A stretch of 64,000 nucleotides of DNA from a cyanobacterium endosymbiont of Rhopalodia gibba (GCA_045159875.1 CP067995.1:1568001-1632000), one strand, 5' to 3'; numbered from the stretch's first letter, positions 35,972-48,843 are shown. Numbers and translations are program-made. Notes: generated from the sequence alone by a model not told the origin.

Positions 35972-38026
35972 ATGAGTGAACTTCTTTATGAATACGCCTG
36001 GCTAATACCTGTCCTACCCTTGGTTGGGGCGATGTTAGTCGGGTTAGGACTTATTTCCTTTAATCAAGGAACTAACCGCCTGCGACAGATAAATTCGGTC
36101 TTCATCATCTCCTTATTAGGGGCATCGATGGTGATGTCCTTCACCCTGTTATGGAGTCAAATTCAAGGCCACGCTGACTACACTCGTCTGATTGAGTGGG
36201 CTGCAGCTGGCAATTTTCATCTTAATATGGGTTATACCATTGATCATCTCAGTGCCTTAATGAATGTTATCGTTACCACCGTTGCCTTTTTGGTGATGAT
36301 ATACACTGATGGTTATATGGCACATGACTCTGGATATGTCCGATTCTACGCTTATTTAAGCATTTTTAGTGCATCAATGCTAGGATTAGTCATTAGTCCC
36401 AACCTAGTCCAGGTTTACATTTTCTGGGAATTGGTGGGAATGTGTTCCTATCTTTTGATCGGCTTTTGGTTCGATCGCAAAGCTGCCGCAGATGCTTGTC
36501 AAAAGGCTTTTGTAACCAATCGTGTAGGAGATTTTGGCTTACTGTTGGGAATGTTAGGGCTGTACTGGACAACTGGAAGCTTTGATTTCCACATCATGGG
36601 TGAGCGTCTCGAAGAATTAATTTCTATAGGAACCATAGCCCCCGCTTTAGCTGCTGTATTTGCTGTTTTAGTATTTTTAGGTCCTGTGGCTAAATCAGCC
36701 CAATTTCCCCTCCATGTTTGGCTACCAGATGCAATGGAAGGTCCTACTCCTATTTCTGCTTTAATTCACGCTGCAACGATGGTAGCAGCTGGGGTTTTTC
36801 TTATAGCGCGGATGTATCCTGTCTTTGAACAAATTCCGGTGGCAATGTCTACTATCGCTTGGGTCGGGGCGTTAACAGCCTTTTTAGGCGCGACTATTGC
36901 TTTGACTCAAAATGACATCAAAAAAGGGTTAGCCTATTCCACTATTTCTCAATTAGGTTACATGGTAATGGCTATGGGAATTGGGGCGTATAGTGCTGGA
37001 TTATTTCATCTGATGACTCATGCTTATTTTAAAGCTATGTTGTTTCTTTGTTCTGGCTCTGTTATCCATGGAATGGAAGGAGTTGTGGGTCATGAACCTA
37101 TTTTGGCTCAAGATATGCGACTAATGGGTGGGTTGCGTAAGTATATGCCTCTGACTTCTTTAGCCTTTTTGGTAGGAACTTTAGCTATTTGTGGAATTCC
37201 TCCTTTTGCAGGGTTTTGGTCAAAAGATGAAATTCTCAGTCTTGCGTTTAGGGCTAACCCTGGATTATGGTTAGTAGGTTGGTTAACTGCGGGACTCACT
37301 GCATTTTATATGTTCCGTATGTATTTCATGACCTTTGAAGGAGAATTTCGCGGCAATGATCAAGCTATCAAAAATCAATTGTTAGCTTCTTTGGATGCAT
37401 CTTCTTCTTTTTCCGAATTCGGTACAGGGGTAACGGGCATTAGTAAATCAGACCATGATGATGATCGTGGACACGATCATAGCTGTTCTCCTCATGAGTC
37501 TCCTTTAACTATGACTTTACCCTTATTGATTTTGGCGGTTCCCTCAGCTTTTATCGGTTTATTGGGAAAACCTTGGAATAACAGGTTTGAATGGTTCATT
37601 TTTGCACCAGGAGAAGTTATTGAAGAAACTGCTCGTTTTAATTGGACTGAGTTTCTAATTATGGCCGGAAATTCTGTCGGTATTGCCGTAATCGGAATTA
37701 CAGTTGCTTCTTTGATGTATTTGCAACATAAAATTGATCCCGCGGCAATCGCTAAAAGATATCCGAATTTGTATCAATTCTCTCTCAATAAATGGTATTT
37801 CGACGATGTTTATCATAATGTTTTTGTTATGAAGTGTCGTCGGTTAGCTCGTCAAATTATGGAAGTAGATTATCGTGTCATTGATGGGGTAGTTAATCTA
37901 ACTGGTTTGGCTACTATTGTAAGTGGGGAAGGATTGAAATATCTGGAAAATGGTCGCGTTCAATTCTATGCTTTAGTTGTCTTTGGGGCAGTTTTGGCAT
38001 TGGCGACTATTTTTAGTGTAGTTTGA
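35972..38026 (+). CDS. ndhF1: NAD(P)H-quinone oxidoreductase subunit 5 (NdhF1 type)
   Basis: YEYAWLIPVLPL, AKSAQFPLHVWLPDAMEGPTPISALIHAATM, QDMRLMGGLRKYMP. Confidence 0.94.
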   Translation: MSELLYEYAWLIPVLPLVGAMLVGLGLISFNQGTNRLRQINSVFIISLLGASMVMSFTLLWSQIQGHADYTRLIEWAAAGNFHLNMGYTIDHLSALMNVIVTTVAFLVMIYTDGYMAHDSGYVRFYAYLSIFSASMLGLVISPNLVQVYIFWELVGMCSYLLIGFWFDRKAAADACQKAFVTNRVGDFGLLLGMLGLYWTTGSFDFHIMGERLEELISIGTIAPALAAVFAVLVFLGPVAKSAQFPLHVWLPDAMEGPTPISALIHAATMVAAGVFLIARMYPVFEQIPVAMSTIAWVGALTAFLGATIALTQNDIKKGLAYSTISQLGYMVMAMGIGAYSAGLFHLMTHAYFKAMLFLCSGSVIHGMEGVVGHEPILAQDMRLMGGLRKYMPLTSLAFLVGTLAICGIPPFAGFWSKDEILSLAFRANPGLWLVGWLTAGLTAFYMFRMYFMTFEGEFRGNDQAIKNQLLASLDASSSFSEFGTGVTGISKSDHDDDRGHDHSCSPHESPLTMTLPLLILAVPSAFIGLLGKPWNNRFEWFIFAPGEVIEETARFNWTEFLIMAGNSVGIAVIGITVASLMYLQHKIDPAAIAKRYPNLYQFSLNKWYFDDVYHNVFVMKCRRLARQIMEVDYRVIDGVVNLTGLATIVSGEGLKYLENGRVQFYALVVFGAVLALATIFSVV

Positions 38027-38060
38027 CGTTAATTTAACCCCAATTTAGTGACCAGAATGA

Positions 38061-38086
38061 GAGGGCTTTTTGCCCTCTTTTTTTTC
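38061..38086 (+). terminator. Rho-independent terminator after ndhF1
   Basis: gagggc-ttttt-gccctc followed by a T run. Confidence 0.75.
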
Positions 38087-39688
38087 AAAATATCAATTAA
38101 CTTTAGATATTAAATTTAAGTTTGTAAATGAATAAACTTAAACAAGTATAAAATAGTTTAAAAAACTAACTATAAAATAAAAAAATAATTATATTCTTCA
38201 CTTTTTTTGTCTTATAGTATGTAACCGCGACATTTTTTAGACAAAAAAATAGGATTTAAACTATTTAACTATTTAATTATTGATTAAATGTCTGAGTAAA
38301 CACCATTATTTATCTCGGTATTTTATAAATATAATTTATGCTAAAAAGCGATTAAAAAAATTTAAATAAAGCAATCAAACAATATTGTTTATTTAACATT
38401 AGTAAAAATACTTGCTGTCTCTATTTAGATAGAATAAAAAATATAAAATAATATATTAATTGCCAGTAAATAGCAAAATATTTTCTAATTAAAAATAGAT
38501 AAAATTTTAAATCAGGATAAATAATAATATAAATCAGATAAAGATAGCTTAATTCTGAATAAATAATATTGCTCAATATAATATAAGTAGTTATACGTAC
38601 TAAGAATTAGGAATAACTATTAAAAACTACGGATAACAAGAAGTAAATGAAGTAGCAGGAGAAGTATTTAAGAGAAAAATTAATTTATATAAAGCTAAAT
38701 TTAGCAATAAAATATATCAATAAAAAAGGCTATTTAAGTAAAAATAATAAAGACTTATTGCAATTTTATTTTTTTCTATAAACTAAAGGAATTATTATTG
38801 TAAACAATAACACTCTTTATAAAGAATAAAGGTTTTAAAAATAGTCGGAAAAGCTAAATGTAAACCATTGTATGTATAACAATACTTGACATATTTAGAA
38901 AAGATTGAGGACTAATGGTTTATTTTCAAAACTTAACTTAAAAAAATATTACTTAAATTTAAAATAGTCGGAAAATATGTAAACTTTATTTTCAATAACT
39001 ATCCTATTTTAGGTAGTAGTATTTTATACTAGAAAGGAAGTGGACTAAAATAAAAGCTCATATAATTGCCAAAGGAATATTTGAAGAATATGAAAAGTCG
39101 TCAAATCAAGTCTTAATCAAGGAAGTTACTCTAGAAAATATCAATCGAAGTGATATAGGTTTCACTCTCATTACTTCAGTGTAGAGATAAGAAATTTTTT
39201 TAACACTTATCTAAAAGTGTCTACAGAAGTTCTCCTATTCAGAGTTCTATTGAGATATTAAAACCAACGAAAATGCGGATAAATTAGGTTTTCTACAACC
39301 CGATGTCCTAATATTTTCAAAATGTCTCTTTGAGCTTAAGTTGAGACTAACATGAGTAAACGCTAATGCTTTACAAAAAGTAGACTGTTTAACAAATTGG
39401 TTTCAATAAAAAATACTAAAAATAGTTCATATATATTTTTTTCTAGAAAAATAATTTAAATAAAAATAATAGCTGAAAAGTAATTACATATATGTAAGAT
39501 TTAACTTTTAAAAAACTTTTCTAGTATTTCTGTAAAGTAAAATCATTGAGAGACTATCTTTATGCCGCCACTATCATTTCCTGATCAGCTTTTTCAGAAT
39601 TAGTATAGTTTTTTAAAAGAGAAAAAACTAAATAAAAGTAAAAATCAAATAAAAACGTTTTCTAAACAAAGAATAGGTCGTCAATAAA

Positions 39689-40450
39689 ATGTCTTTATCC
39701 TTACATAGCATTTCAAACTATATCGACATGATTCTAGTTCCCCAAGGAGCTGAATATAAAGCCGTTTGTGAAGGATTTAGAGCAGTAAAGCAATTTGGTA
39801 CTAAAATTAAAATAATTCCGATTCCTGCAGGACTTTTACCTTTTAAACATTATCTCAAACAGTGGCAGCAAATTCATGAGTTCGTTAATCATTCTCCTAA
39901 AGGAATCTTGTTAATGGGATTAGGCGGAAGTTTATCCCCAAATTATCAGGCAGGTGATAAGATTCTATACGAAAAATGTTGTTTAATTTCAAAGGATACT
40001 TTTCCTCCACCGTGGCAAACTTGCGATGTGAATCTAGGTAATTTAGTGTATCATCATCTTAACAAGGAGATTATACGGGGCAAAGCGGTGACAAGTGATC
40101 ACATCATTTCTTCAGCTGAGGAAAAATGGCAATTAGGCCGGCGTTATCAAGCTGATGTGGTAGATATGGAAGGAATTCCCCTTTTAGAGTTTTGTAATTA
40201 TTTAAAAATTCCTGTTGCCATGATTAGAGTGATTAGTGATGGTTTTCAACAGGATTTACCTAATTTAACCCCTGCATTGGAAGAGGATGGAAGCTTAAAT
40301 CCTTGGAAATTAACATTTCAGATGTCCAAAAATCCCCTAAGTTCAATTCATCTGATTAGAAGTTCCCTAAAGGGGTTAAAAACACTAAAACAAGTTTCAA
40401 AAGATCTTGCGACAGCAATCACCACATCAGTTGTAGGACACCAATTTTAA
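39689..40450 (+). CDS. Nucleoside phosphorylase family protein (HpnG/MTA nucleosidase-like)
   Basis: ILVPQGAEYKAV, LMGLGGSL, ADVVDMEG, IRVISD. Confidence 0.8.
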   Translation: MSLSLHSISNYIDMILVPQGAEYKAVCEGFRAVKQFGTKIKIIPIPAGLLPFKHYLKQWQQIHEFVNHSPKGILLMGLGGSLSPNYQAGDKILYEKCCLISKDTFPPPWQTCDVNLGNLVYHHLNKEIIRGKAVTSDHIISSAEEKWQLGRRYQADVVDMEGIPLLEFCNYLKIPVAMIRVISDGFQQDLPNLTPALEEDGSLNPWKLTFQMSKNPLSSIHLIRSSLKGLKTLKQVSKDLATAITTSVVGHQF

Positions 40451-40506
40451 TCAAAAGAAACAAGGAAGAGAAATCTTTCATGAATTATTTCTAATTACTA
40501 ATATGT

Positions 40507-41688
40507 CTATTTGGAATATTGATGATATTTATAGGCGGCATAGGCCAGCGTGATGACCCCCGTCAAGATAGCCGACTCGTCTACCTCGAATTGAGGATGA
40601 TGTAGTGGATGGTTGGGCTTTTCTGAAAATCCTACTCCTAAACGAAACATACTTCCTGGAGCGTGTTCAAGGTAGAGGGAAAAATCCTCTGCGCCTAAAG
40701 ATGGTTCAGATAAAATGTGTAGCCGCTCATTTCCCCAAGCTTCTCGACAAGTAGATTCAAGAATCTGAGTCAATTCTATGTTATTTTGCACCGAAGGAAC
40801 TCCCTGGCGATAATCAATTTCATATTTTGCTCGATAAGTATTACAGACATTAGCGACTATTTTTTCAATCCACTGAGGTAAATTGGCGCGGGTATCAGGA
40901 TGAAGAGATCGTACTGTCCCTGACATTCTTACCTGATCTGCAATAATATTAGGAGCGCGGCCACCGTTAATTTGCCCAATAGTTAGTACTACGGGATGCA
41001 AAGGATTCTGAGTTCGACTAATAGCTTGTTGAAGAGTCGTAATGACCTGAGAAGCAATCCAGATAGCGTCAATAGCTTTATGGGGACGAGCTCCGTGACC
41101 TGACTCTCCTTGAATAAAAATTTCTATGTCATCAGCTGCAGCGGTCAAAACTCCGTAGCGAATCCCCACAGAACGGGCTTGAAGGGAAGGAAAGACGTGT
41201 AGTCCAAAAATTGCATCTACATCGCACATTGCTCCGTCCCGAAGCATCCAGCTTGCTCCTTGGGCAATTTCTTCTGCAGGTTGAAACAAAAATCTTACGT
41301 TTCCCGATAATTGTTGAGCTAACTGAGAAAGAACCATAGCGGTTCCTAACCCCACCGTTGTATGGACATCGTGGCCACAAGCATGCATAATACCAGGTTT
41401 ACACGAAGCAAATTCTAGGTTGGTTTGCTCATCTATCGGTAGAGCATCCATGTCGGTACGAATAGCTAGGAGGCGCGAATCTGTTCCGTTTCCTTTTAAA
41501 TTTCCTACTACTCCCGTTTTTCCGACATTTTCTTGAACTTGAATACCGTACGAAGAAAGAATACCCGCCACATATGCAGCAGTTTGGTATTCTTGTCCAC
41601 TCAGTTCAGGATGAAGGTGAAAATGGCGGCGAATTTCAAGAAGCCTAGGGAACAGAGACTTGGTGAGATCTTTAATTTCAGAAAACAT
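40507..41688 (-). CDS. M20 family amidohydrolase (N-acyl-L-amino acid amidohydrolase-like)
   Basis: HPELSGQE, RTDMDALP, MHACGHDVH, FQPAEE, GAEDF; start set to the ATG at 41688. Confidence 0.92.
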   Translation of the reverse strand: MFSEIKDLTKSLFPRLLEIRRHFHLHPELSGQEYQTAAYVAGILSSYGIQVQENVGKTGVVGNLKGNGTDSRLLAIRTDMDALPIDEQTNLEFASCKPGIMHACGHDVHTTVGLGTAMVLSQLAQQLSGNVRFLFQPAEEIAQGASWMLRDGAMCDVDAIFGLHVFPSLQARSVGIRYGVLTAAADDIEIFIQGESGHGARPHKAIDAIWIASQVITTLQQAISRTQNPLHPVVLTIGQINGGRAPNIIADQVRMSGTVRSLHPDTRANLPQWIEKIVANVCNTYRAKYEIDYRQGVPSVQNNIELTQILESTCREAWGNERLHILSEPSLGAEDFSLYLEHAPGSMFRLGVGFSEKPNHPLHHPQFEVDESAILTGVITLAYAAYKYHQYSK

Positions 41689-42039
41689 GAGACTTAAGTA
41701 ATTAGGAAGCTCATAACGTTTTTTATGTACTGAACTCAAAGTTACGGTATGGGTTTTTCAACTTAATGAGAGCTTTACTATGTTTGTATACATATACTAT
41801 TCGATTATACACTTAAATCATGAATAAACTTAAATAACTATAAAATTAGTCAATTTTTGTGATGTACATTTTATAGTTATTCTTTTTTATAAAAGAATGA
41901 TAGTTCTTATGGAACTTTTTTTGTTGAATTATATTAAGAAATTACAGTTAAACTTAGTAGTTTGTTAATTGAGGATGAATTAACAGCTATAGATGCTATT
42001 GAAACTCAAATAGTAGTTGATTGTTTTCGGAATCTAAAG

Positions 42040-43060
42040 TAAAAAGAAACAGTCGGTGAAGCCGAACGCAACTAACAAGTAATATAGGAAAAGACTTCTA
42101 TAATTTCAATTAAGCGCACTTCCCCCACTACATTAACCATGACACGCTCGGAGAACAACTAGTGGCTCCAATGATTGATTTCAGATTCTTCTGGAGAGAT
42201 ATTTTCGGACTTAGGAATCATAATGGTATCTCCCTCTTATAGTACAACATCCTCTTGGATATCATCTATTTGTAGCAACTTTCACAAATTTATCTAAATG
42301 TTCTGTTCGGAACCATCACGATTCAGTACGACGGATTTCTATTTTACGAATGTCGGCTAGGGTTTTAACTTCACTGACTGATTCAATAGAAACGTTAAGT
42401 CTCAGGGATTATTATCAACTGGTAGATTCTCCACTTCCTCCCAAACTCCTGTTGGGAACGACTCAATAAGAGCCTGTCCGATACACTTCTCCTACCACAG
42501 CTACATTAATTTCTCGATTAGCCAATAACCCCAAACTCGTATTATATATACATTGTATAGTGCAAGTTTGGGGAATATCAATATTGTCTTGAGTGGGAAC
42601 AATAACTGTATCCCCATCGCGTAGGATAATATCTTGCTGAATAATTCCTTCTTTGAGCAAGTTCCAGAAATTGGTGGTTAATATTAGAGGTTTTCTTTGA
42701 AATTGACGGTGAATCTGAACTTGATTAAGATTAGTAACCGTAGTCAGTCCCCGCTTGTCGAATAAGTTAAGTGACCGTGGGAAATTTTTGTTTCTCAAGA
42801 ATGGAGAAGAGATTAAAAGCCTGAATTATCGGTTCCTTGATCTCTACAAGCGGAGCTCGAAGAACGAATAAACTGATGGTAATAATAGAGTGTTTAATAC
42901 ATTGAGCGTATTGTAGGGTAAATAACTCTGTCAGCTAGGACATCGCAAGTCTTTCAACACAAATACTTCCTAATGTAGATATTAACAGTGTTCCATCTAC
43001 TAGAATTTGGTATTTTTCAGTAAATTCTTTAAGACGATAGCAGCATTAACAATACTCTCA
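42040..43060 (-). pseudogene. Polysaccharide export protein (Wza/SLBB domains), degraded
   Basis: ORF 42463..42798 gives NFWNLLKEGIIQQDIILRDGDTVIVP and VAVVGEVYRTGSY. Flanking remnants include YQILVDGT and a second SLBB repeat, in different frames. Confidence 0.8.
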
Positions 43061-43356
43061 TTATTTTTATTATTCAAGTTCTAATTCGTCTTTTTACTAC
43101 TATTTCTATTGAAATAGAATGGTTTTATTGAAATAATCAACTTTTACATTTTTTAAACATTAAAGTAATATATTTTAGTAATCGTATTATAGAGACTTTT
43201 ACAGTTGCCACAGCAGTATTTTTATCATTATTTGTCAATACCTATTTTCGTTTTAAGAATTAAGTCTTTAAATAAAAAACACATTTAAACAGCCTGATTT
43301 AGTCTTAAAAAATGTCGAGAATTTCAAATATTAATCCTCGACAATAACACTAAAAT

Positions 43357-46167
43357 CTAAGCAGTTTGAGGTTGTCCTTGAGGTTGAAACTGAAACAACG
43401 AATATACTACATTTCGACGAATATCAATCATCATTTCTAAGAACATTTCATATCCTTCTTGCTTATATTCAATCAAGGGATCTTTTTGTCCATAACCTCG
43501 TAAACCAACAGACTCTCGTAATGCATCCATCGCCTGGAGATGTTCGCGCCATAGAGTATCAATTTGTTGCAAAATAAAAAACCGTTCGGCTTCACGCATT
43601 AAACCAGGACGAATTTTATCTACTTCATCTTCTTTTATATCGTAAGCTTTACGTACCTCTTCATGGAGAAATATCTTCATTTCACTAACGGTCATATCTT
43701 CCATATCTTTAGCAGTAATGTCCTGCAAGAGATAAACGAATTCCTTGACCTTACTCACCAAGTTGTCTACATCCCATTCTTCGGAAGGTAATTCTGGATT
43801 TACATAGGCATCTACAATTTCATCCATGGTTTTCTCAGCATATTGGAGGACCTGTTCCTTAAGATCTAACCCTTCAAGAACTCGGCGACGTTCAGCGTAG
43901 ATAGCGCGACGTTGATTATTCATTACCTCATCATATTCAAACACTTGTTTACGGGTATCGTAATAGAAAGTTTCCACCTTTTTTTGGGCACCCTCCAGAG
44001 AACGGGTAAGCATCTTGGACTCGATGGGCATATCTTCCTCAACACGAAAAGCATTCATCAAACCGGCCACGCGATCACCCCCAAAAATTCTTAAAAGATT
44101 ATCTTCTAAACTTAAGAAAAATTTTGTTGATCCTGGATCACCTTGTCGTCCTGCTCGTCCCCGTAATTGATTATCAATGCGTCGGGACTCGTGGCGTTCA
44201 GTCCCGATCACGTTGAGTCCGCCTAATTCCACCACTTCATTTTGTTCCTTATTGGTAACAGTTTCGTAGGATTGACGAATAGCCTTGTAAACCTCACGCA
44301 ATTTTTTAATCACAGGGTCTTCGGTGGGAGCTTTTTCTGAGGCAACTGCAATCTTTTCTTCAGCTTCAAGTTCTGATAAACTTTGCTGTCCGTAATTGTC
44401 AACGGCTATTTTAATCATATCTTTCAGCATTTTTTCGATTTCAGGAGAGAGCTGAGTGGGGAAAATATCTGAATCGGAAGGACTCCAGTTTTTAGCTTTC
44501 TTCTTTTCTTTCCCAAATCCTTGAGACCGACGACCTCCACCATTCACCGTCATTGCCGCCATGATACCATCATCTTCAGGCATCACAATTTGAGGCATCA
44601 GGAATTCCCGAATTTTTAGCCGCGCCATATAGTCGGCATTTCCCCCTAAAATAATGTCAGTTCCTCGTCCTGCCATATTGGTGGCGATAGTAACTGAACC
44701 TTTTCGTCCGGCTTGGGCGACAATTTCTGATTCCCGCTCTACGTTTTCAGGACGGGCATTAAGAAGGTTATGGGGAATTTTTTTTGTCTGCAAGAGTTGG
44801 GAAAGAACTTCTGATTTTTCAACACTGGTAGTTCCTACGAGGATAGGTCGTCCTTGATGGTGTAACTTTTCCACTTCAGCAGCCACGGCTCGCCATTTAG
44901 CTGGTTCGGTTTTATAGACAACATCAGGAAAATCGTAGCGTTGGGAAGGTCGGTTGGTAGGAATAATAGTAACTTGAAGATTATAGACTTTTTCAAGTTC
45001 TGTTTCTTCAGTTTTTGCGGTCCCTGTCATCCCTGAGAGTTTAGGATAGAGAAGAAAGAAATTTTGATAGGTAATGGTGGCTAGAGTCTGAGTTTCTTTT
45101 TGAATATCCACCCCTTCTTTTGCTTCAATGGCTTGGTGTAATCCATCACTCCACCGCCGTCCAGGTAGCACCCGCCCTGTAAATTCATCAACAATCACCA
45201 CTTCTTTGCTGCGGATCATGTAGTTAACGTCTTTAACAAATAATTCCTTAGCTTTAATTGCGTTAAAAATGTAGTGCGCCCAAGGATTTTCTTGATCGTA
45301 GAGGTCCTTAACCCCCAATAACTCCTCTGCTTTTTCGAACCCTTGATCCGTCATCAAAACGTTCCGAGCTTTTTCGTCTACTTCATAGTCTCCTGGTTCT
45401 TCTTCACTTTTTTGCGTGATGAGTTGTGCGGCAATGGAGGCTGCCTTGAGATATTTTTCGGTAGGACGTTCTATCTGTCCTGAAATAATCAGAGGGGTTC
45501 GAGCTTCATCAATTAAGATAGAATCTACTTCGTCAATGATGCAGTAATTGAAAGGGAGTTGAACCACTTCAGCCATAGCGGTGGCCATATTATCCCGTAG
45601 ATAATCAAACCCTAATTCGCTATTGGTGGTATATGTGATGTCACAAGCATAGTTCTTCTTTCGTTCATCAGGACTCATTCCTGCTTGAATTAGCCCGACA
45701 CTGAGTCCTAAAAAACGATGAACCTGCCCCATCCATTCAGCATCCCGACGGGCTAGGTAGTCGTTCACGGTAACAACATGGACTCCTTTTTTAGTTAGTC
45801 CATTAAGATAGGCAGGAAGGGTTGCCACTAAGGTTTTCCCTTCCCCTGTTTTCATTTCTGCAATTTGCCCTTTGTGTAGAACAATTCCACCGAGAATCTG
45901 AACATCAAAGTGGCGCATCCCTAAGACCCGAATTCCAGCTTCTCGTACCACAGCAAAGGCTTCGGGTAAGATCTCATCTAAGATATCTTCTAACTCTTCA
46001 TTATCTTTCGCTTTGTCGATCGCTTCTCTAAATTTAACTGTTTTCTGCTTGAGTTCTTCATCGGATAATTGTTGAATGTCTTCTTCGAATATATTCACTT
46101 CTGTGACTAAAGACTGAAATTTTTTGAGTTTGCGGGTGTTTGGGTCACCAAATAGAGTTTTAAGCAT
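43357..46167 (-). CDS. secA: Preprotein translocase subunit SecA
   Basis: [50 protein letters not shown]. Confidence 0.98.
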   Translation of the reverse strand: MLKTLFGDPNTRKLKKFQSLVTEVNIFEEDIQQLSDEELKQKTVKFREAIDKAKDNEELEDILDEILPEAFAVVREAGIRVLGMRHFDVQILGGIVLHKGQIAEMKTGEGKTLVATLPAYLNGLTKKGVHVVTVNDYLARRDAEWMGQVHRFLGLSVGLIQAGMSPDERKKNYACDITYTTNSELGFDYLRDNMATAMAEVVQLPFNYCIIDEVDSILIDEARTPLIISGQIERPTEKYLKAASIAAQLITQKSEEEPGDYEVDEKARNVLMTDQGFEKAEELLGVKDLYDQENPWAHYIFNAIKAKELFVKDVNYMIRSKEVVIVDEFTGRVLPGRRWSDGLHQAIEAKEGVDIQKETQTLATITYQNFFLLYPKLSGMTGTAKTEETELEKVYNLQVTIIPTNRPSQRYDFPDVVYKTEPAKWRAVAAEVEKLHHQGRPILVGTTSVEKSEVLSQLLQTKKIPHNLLNARPENVERESEIVAQAGRKGSVTIATNMAGRGTDIILGGNADYMARLKIREFLMPQIVMPEDDGIMAAMTVNGGGRRSQGFGKEKKKAKNWSPSDSDIFPTQLSPEIEKMLKDMIKIAVDNYGQQSLSELEAEEKIAVASEKAPTEDPVIKKLREVYKAIRQSYETVTNKEQNEVVELGGLNVIGTERHESRRIDNQLRGRAGRQGDPGSTKFFLSLEDNLLRIFGGDRVAGLMNAFRVEEDMPIESKMLTRSLEGAQKKVETFYYDTRKQVFEYDEVMNNQRRAIYAERRRVLEGLDLKEQVLQYAEKTMDEIVDAYVNPELPSEEWDVDNLVSKVKEFVYLLQDITAKDMEDMTVSEMKIFLHEEVRKAYDIKEDEVDKIRPGLMREAERFFILQQIDTLWREHLQAMDALRESVGLRGYGQKDPLIEYKQEGYEMFLEMMIDIRRNVVYSLFQFQPQGQPQTA

Positions 46168-46772
46168 AGGTTTCTTTTAGAACTTATTCTAACTGTTTAA
46201 GGATTTAGGCTTTAAGATGCCTAAAATGACGATTTTTGTCTTAAACTATAAAGATTGAGGATTGATAAAGAAGTTATAAATCATTGTATCATCTAGGTTT
46301 TAGTACCGATTTTTCCCTCTTGATATTGAGAAGATGAGGAGATGAGAGAAGAATTTACTATGATGGCCTATTGTCAATAATAATCAAATTGAACTCGTCT
46401 ATAGTAGGTGTAATAAAACTTTAACAAATAAAATCTAAAAGTATTTATTTGTTAAAATTTTTTAGACCTTGTAAGCTCAGTCTTTAATAAAAATTGAGTT
46501 TTTGTAGTTACAGAACACGTTCACAATAAAATATTGATATTTATTAACTACCAATGTTTTATATTTTTTAGTATATTAAGGTCTTAAGTTAACTAACCAA
46601 ACATAATATAATAACTCAATAAATTCTGTAAAAATTTTTTTTAGTTATTATATTAATAATCTTTAATAATCTTGTAAATGGAATATTAACATTTTTATAA
46701 ATTTGAAAAATAGTATAATAAAGAGACATAAATTTTACTAAACAAACAATTTTTTACTAATTTTTTTAAAAA

Positions 46773-46819
46773 AGTATCTAATGCTGCAGTATTTTTAAAA
46801 TACTGCAGCATTAGATACT
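46773..46819. repeat. Perfect inverted repeat, 23-bp arms, 1-nt spacer
   Basis: agtatctaatgctgcagtatttt-t-aaaatactgcagcattagatact. Confidence 0.95.
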
Positions 46820-47011
46820 ACCTTGACTCGACCTAATCTATAAGGAGAACATATAAAATCTTTAAAGACAACATTTAGATTAGTTAATTAAAAATAAAAT
46901 TAATATAAATATTGTCTAAATATTTTTCTACACAAAAAAAACCTATATTTAAAATCTCTTAAAAAGAGATATTTTAAATATAAATTTCTTATAAAGATTA
47001 GTGCTAATTAG

Positions 47012-47055
47012 GCTTTTATAGATATTTTTTTGTACAAAAAAATATCTATAAAAGC
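47012..47055. repeat. Perfect 44-bp palindrome, no spacer
   Basis: gcttttatagatatttttttgt|acaaaaaaatatctataaaagc. Confidence 0.95.
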
Positions 47056-47434
47056 ACAATTTTTAAGACTTTTAATACTAATAATTAAATAGTTTAACGT
47101 ACAATTATTATTTTTTTTAAAAAAATTATTCATATTAATTTTGATGTACGAGCCATCATTGGAATAACTTTAAAATCACAAATTGTTGTTGTGATGCAAT
47201 ATTAGAGAATCACAACTTTGTTACTATTGATGTAGCTTATTTAAATATATTTATTAGTACAAATAAAATGATCAACAGACAAAAACTATGGATTTATGAA
47301 CTTGAATTTAATAATTGATTTAATCAATAACTCTTGAAGCTTATATTTAATTTTCGTATGTCTATGCTTAACCCTTTAATCCCTTATGTAAACAGCATAT
47401 TAATCTCAATTTTTGGGGTAGTGATGTTGCACTA

Positions 47435-47479
47435 ATTTAGTTAAAATTACTATAATAGTTTTGGTTATATTAACTATAA
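47435..47479 (+). promoter_or_regulatory. Tandem candidate NrtR operators upstream of nadA
   Basis: Two 21-bp imperfect palindromes, atttAGTtaaaattACTataa and ttttGGTtatattaACTataa, 24 bp apart and just upstream of the SD (aggag). Confidence 0.55.
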
Positions 47480-47505
47480 ATTCCCCTCAGGAGTGACATT
47501 CCACT

Positions 47506-48477
47506 GTGTTTACCACTATACGACTCCACCCATCTTCACAATCCAATCAAATTCCTAATGATTTATTTACAGCGATAAGCCAACTTAAAAAGGAATTAAA
47601 TGCTGTTATTTTGGCTCATTATTATCAAGATGATGATATCCAGGATATTGCAGATTTTTTAGGTGATTCTTTGAGTCTTTCTCAACGAGCGGCTAACACA
47701 AATGCAGATGTCATTGTCTTTGCTGGAGTTCATTTTATGGCAGAAACGGCTAAAATCTTGAATCCTAATAAATTAGTTTTGCTCCCTGATTTAAGAGCGG
47801 GTTGTTCTTTAGCTGATAGCTGTCCTCCTGATACTTTCGCTCAATTTAAAGCTCAATACCCCAATTGTATTGTAGTTTCCTACATTAATTGTAGTGCTGC
47901 TATTAAGGCTATGAGTGATATTATTTGTACGAGTTCTAATGCGGTTAAAATCGTTGAGCAACTGCCAAAAGATCGCTCTATTATTTTTGCTCCTGATCGC
48001 AACTTAGGAAAGTATGTAATGAAACAAACAGGACGAAAGTTAATTCTTTGGCAGGGCAGTTGTATAGTTCATGAAACCTTTTCAGAAAAGAAAATGGTTC
48101 AGCTAAAGATAGAACATCCCCTCGCGGAAATAATTGCTCATCCTGAATGTGAAACTTCTGTTTTACGTCATGCTAATTATATTGGTTCAACTACTGCTTT
48201 GTTAAAATATTGTCAGCAAAGTTCAAGTAATGAATTCATTGTAGTAACAGAACCAGGAATTATTCATCAGATGGAAAAAGTTGCCCCTACAAAACACTTT
48301 ATTCCTGCACCAGCAATAAATAATTGTGCTTGTAATGAATGTCCTTATATGCGCTTGAATACACTTGAAAAATTATATCTTGCAATGAAGTTTAAACAGC
48401 CAGAAATTACCATAAATGAATCTATTCGAATTGCTGCTTTACGTCCTATTCAAAAGATGTTTGAATTATCTTGTTAG
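47506..48477 (+). CDS. nadA: Quinolinate synthase A
   Basis: [39 protein letters not shown]. Confidence 0.96.
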   Translation: MFTTIRLHPSSQSNQIPNDLFTAISQLKKELNAVILAHYYQDDDIQDIADFLGDSLSLSQRAANTNADVIVFAGVHFMAETAKILNPNKLVLLPDLRAGCSLADSCPPDTFAQFKAQYPNCIVVSYINCSAAIKAMSDIICTSSNAVKIVEQLPKDRSIIFAPDRNLGKYVMKQTGRKLILWQGSCIVHETFSEKKMVQLKIEHPLAEIIAHPECETSVLRHANYIGSTTALLKYCQQSSSNEFIVVTEPGIIHQMEKVAPTKHFIPAPAINNCACNECPYMRLNTLEKLYLAMKFKQPEITINESIRIAALRPIQKMFELSC

Positions 48478-48542
48478 TTAATTGACTTAATTAGCTATTC
48501 GTTGCGAAAAGGGACTGTCAACTAGGAAAATTTAAAATAAAT

Positions 48543-48631
48543 GTAGGGCGTGTTACCTTATATTTAATACACTAGATATTGTCAGTGAAAGTATGTCGCA
48601 TCACAATGAAAATTAATATAACACGCCCTAC
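48543..48631. repeat. GTAG-type inverted repeat pair (REP/REPIN- or MITE-like)
   Basis: gtagggcgtgtta ...63 nt... taacacgccctac, downstream of nadA. Confidence 0.6.
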
Positions 48632-48843
48632 TTTCTATTTAGTTTACGAACAGTCTCTAAAATAGTTGCAGATTTTTTTGTCTATCATAAAACTTTAGCT
48701 AAAGAAAATTGTGTTCATTAATCTCCAGTTAACTTCGAATATTGATTACTTTTACAAATAGAAGTTAGCTCTTAGTTTTATTTTAAAAAATTAGACAAGC
48801 TTATGAAAAACATAATTTAGAAGAATATCCAAGATATAGAGTC

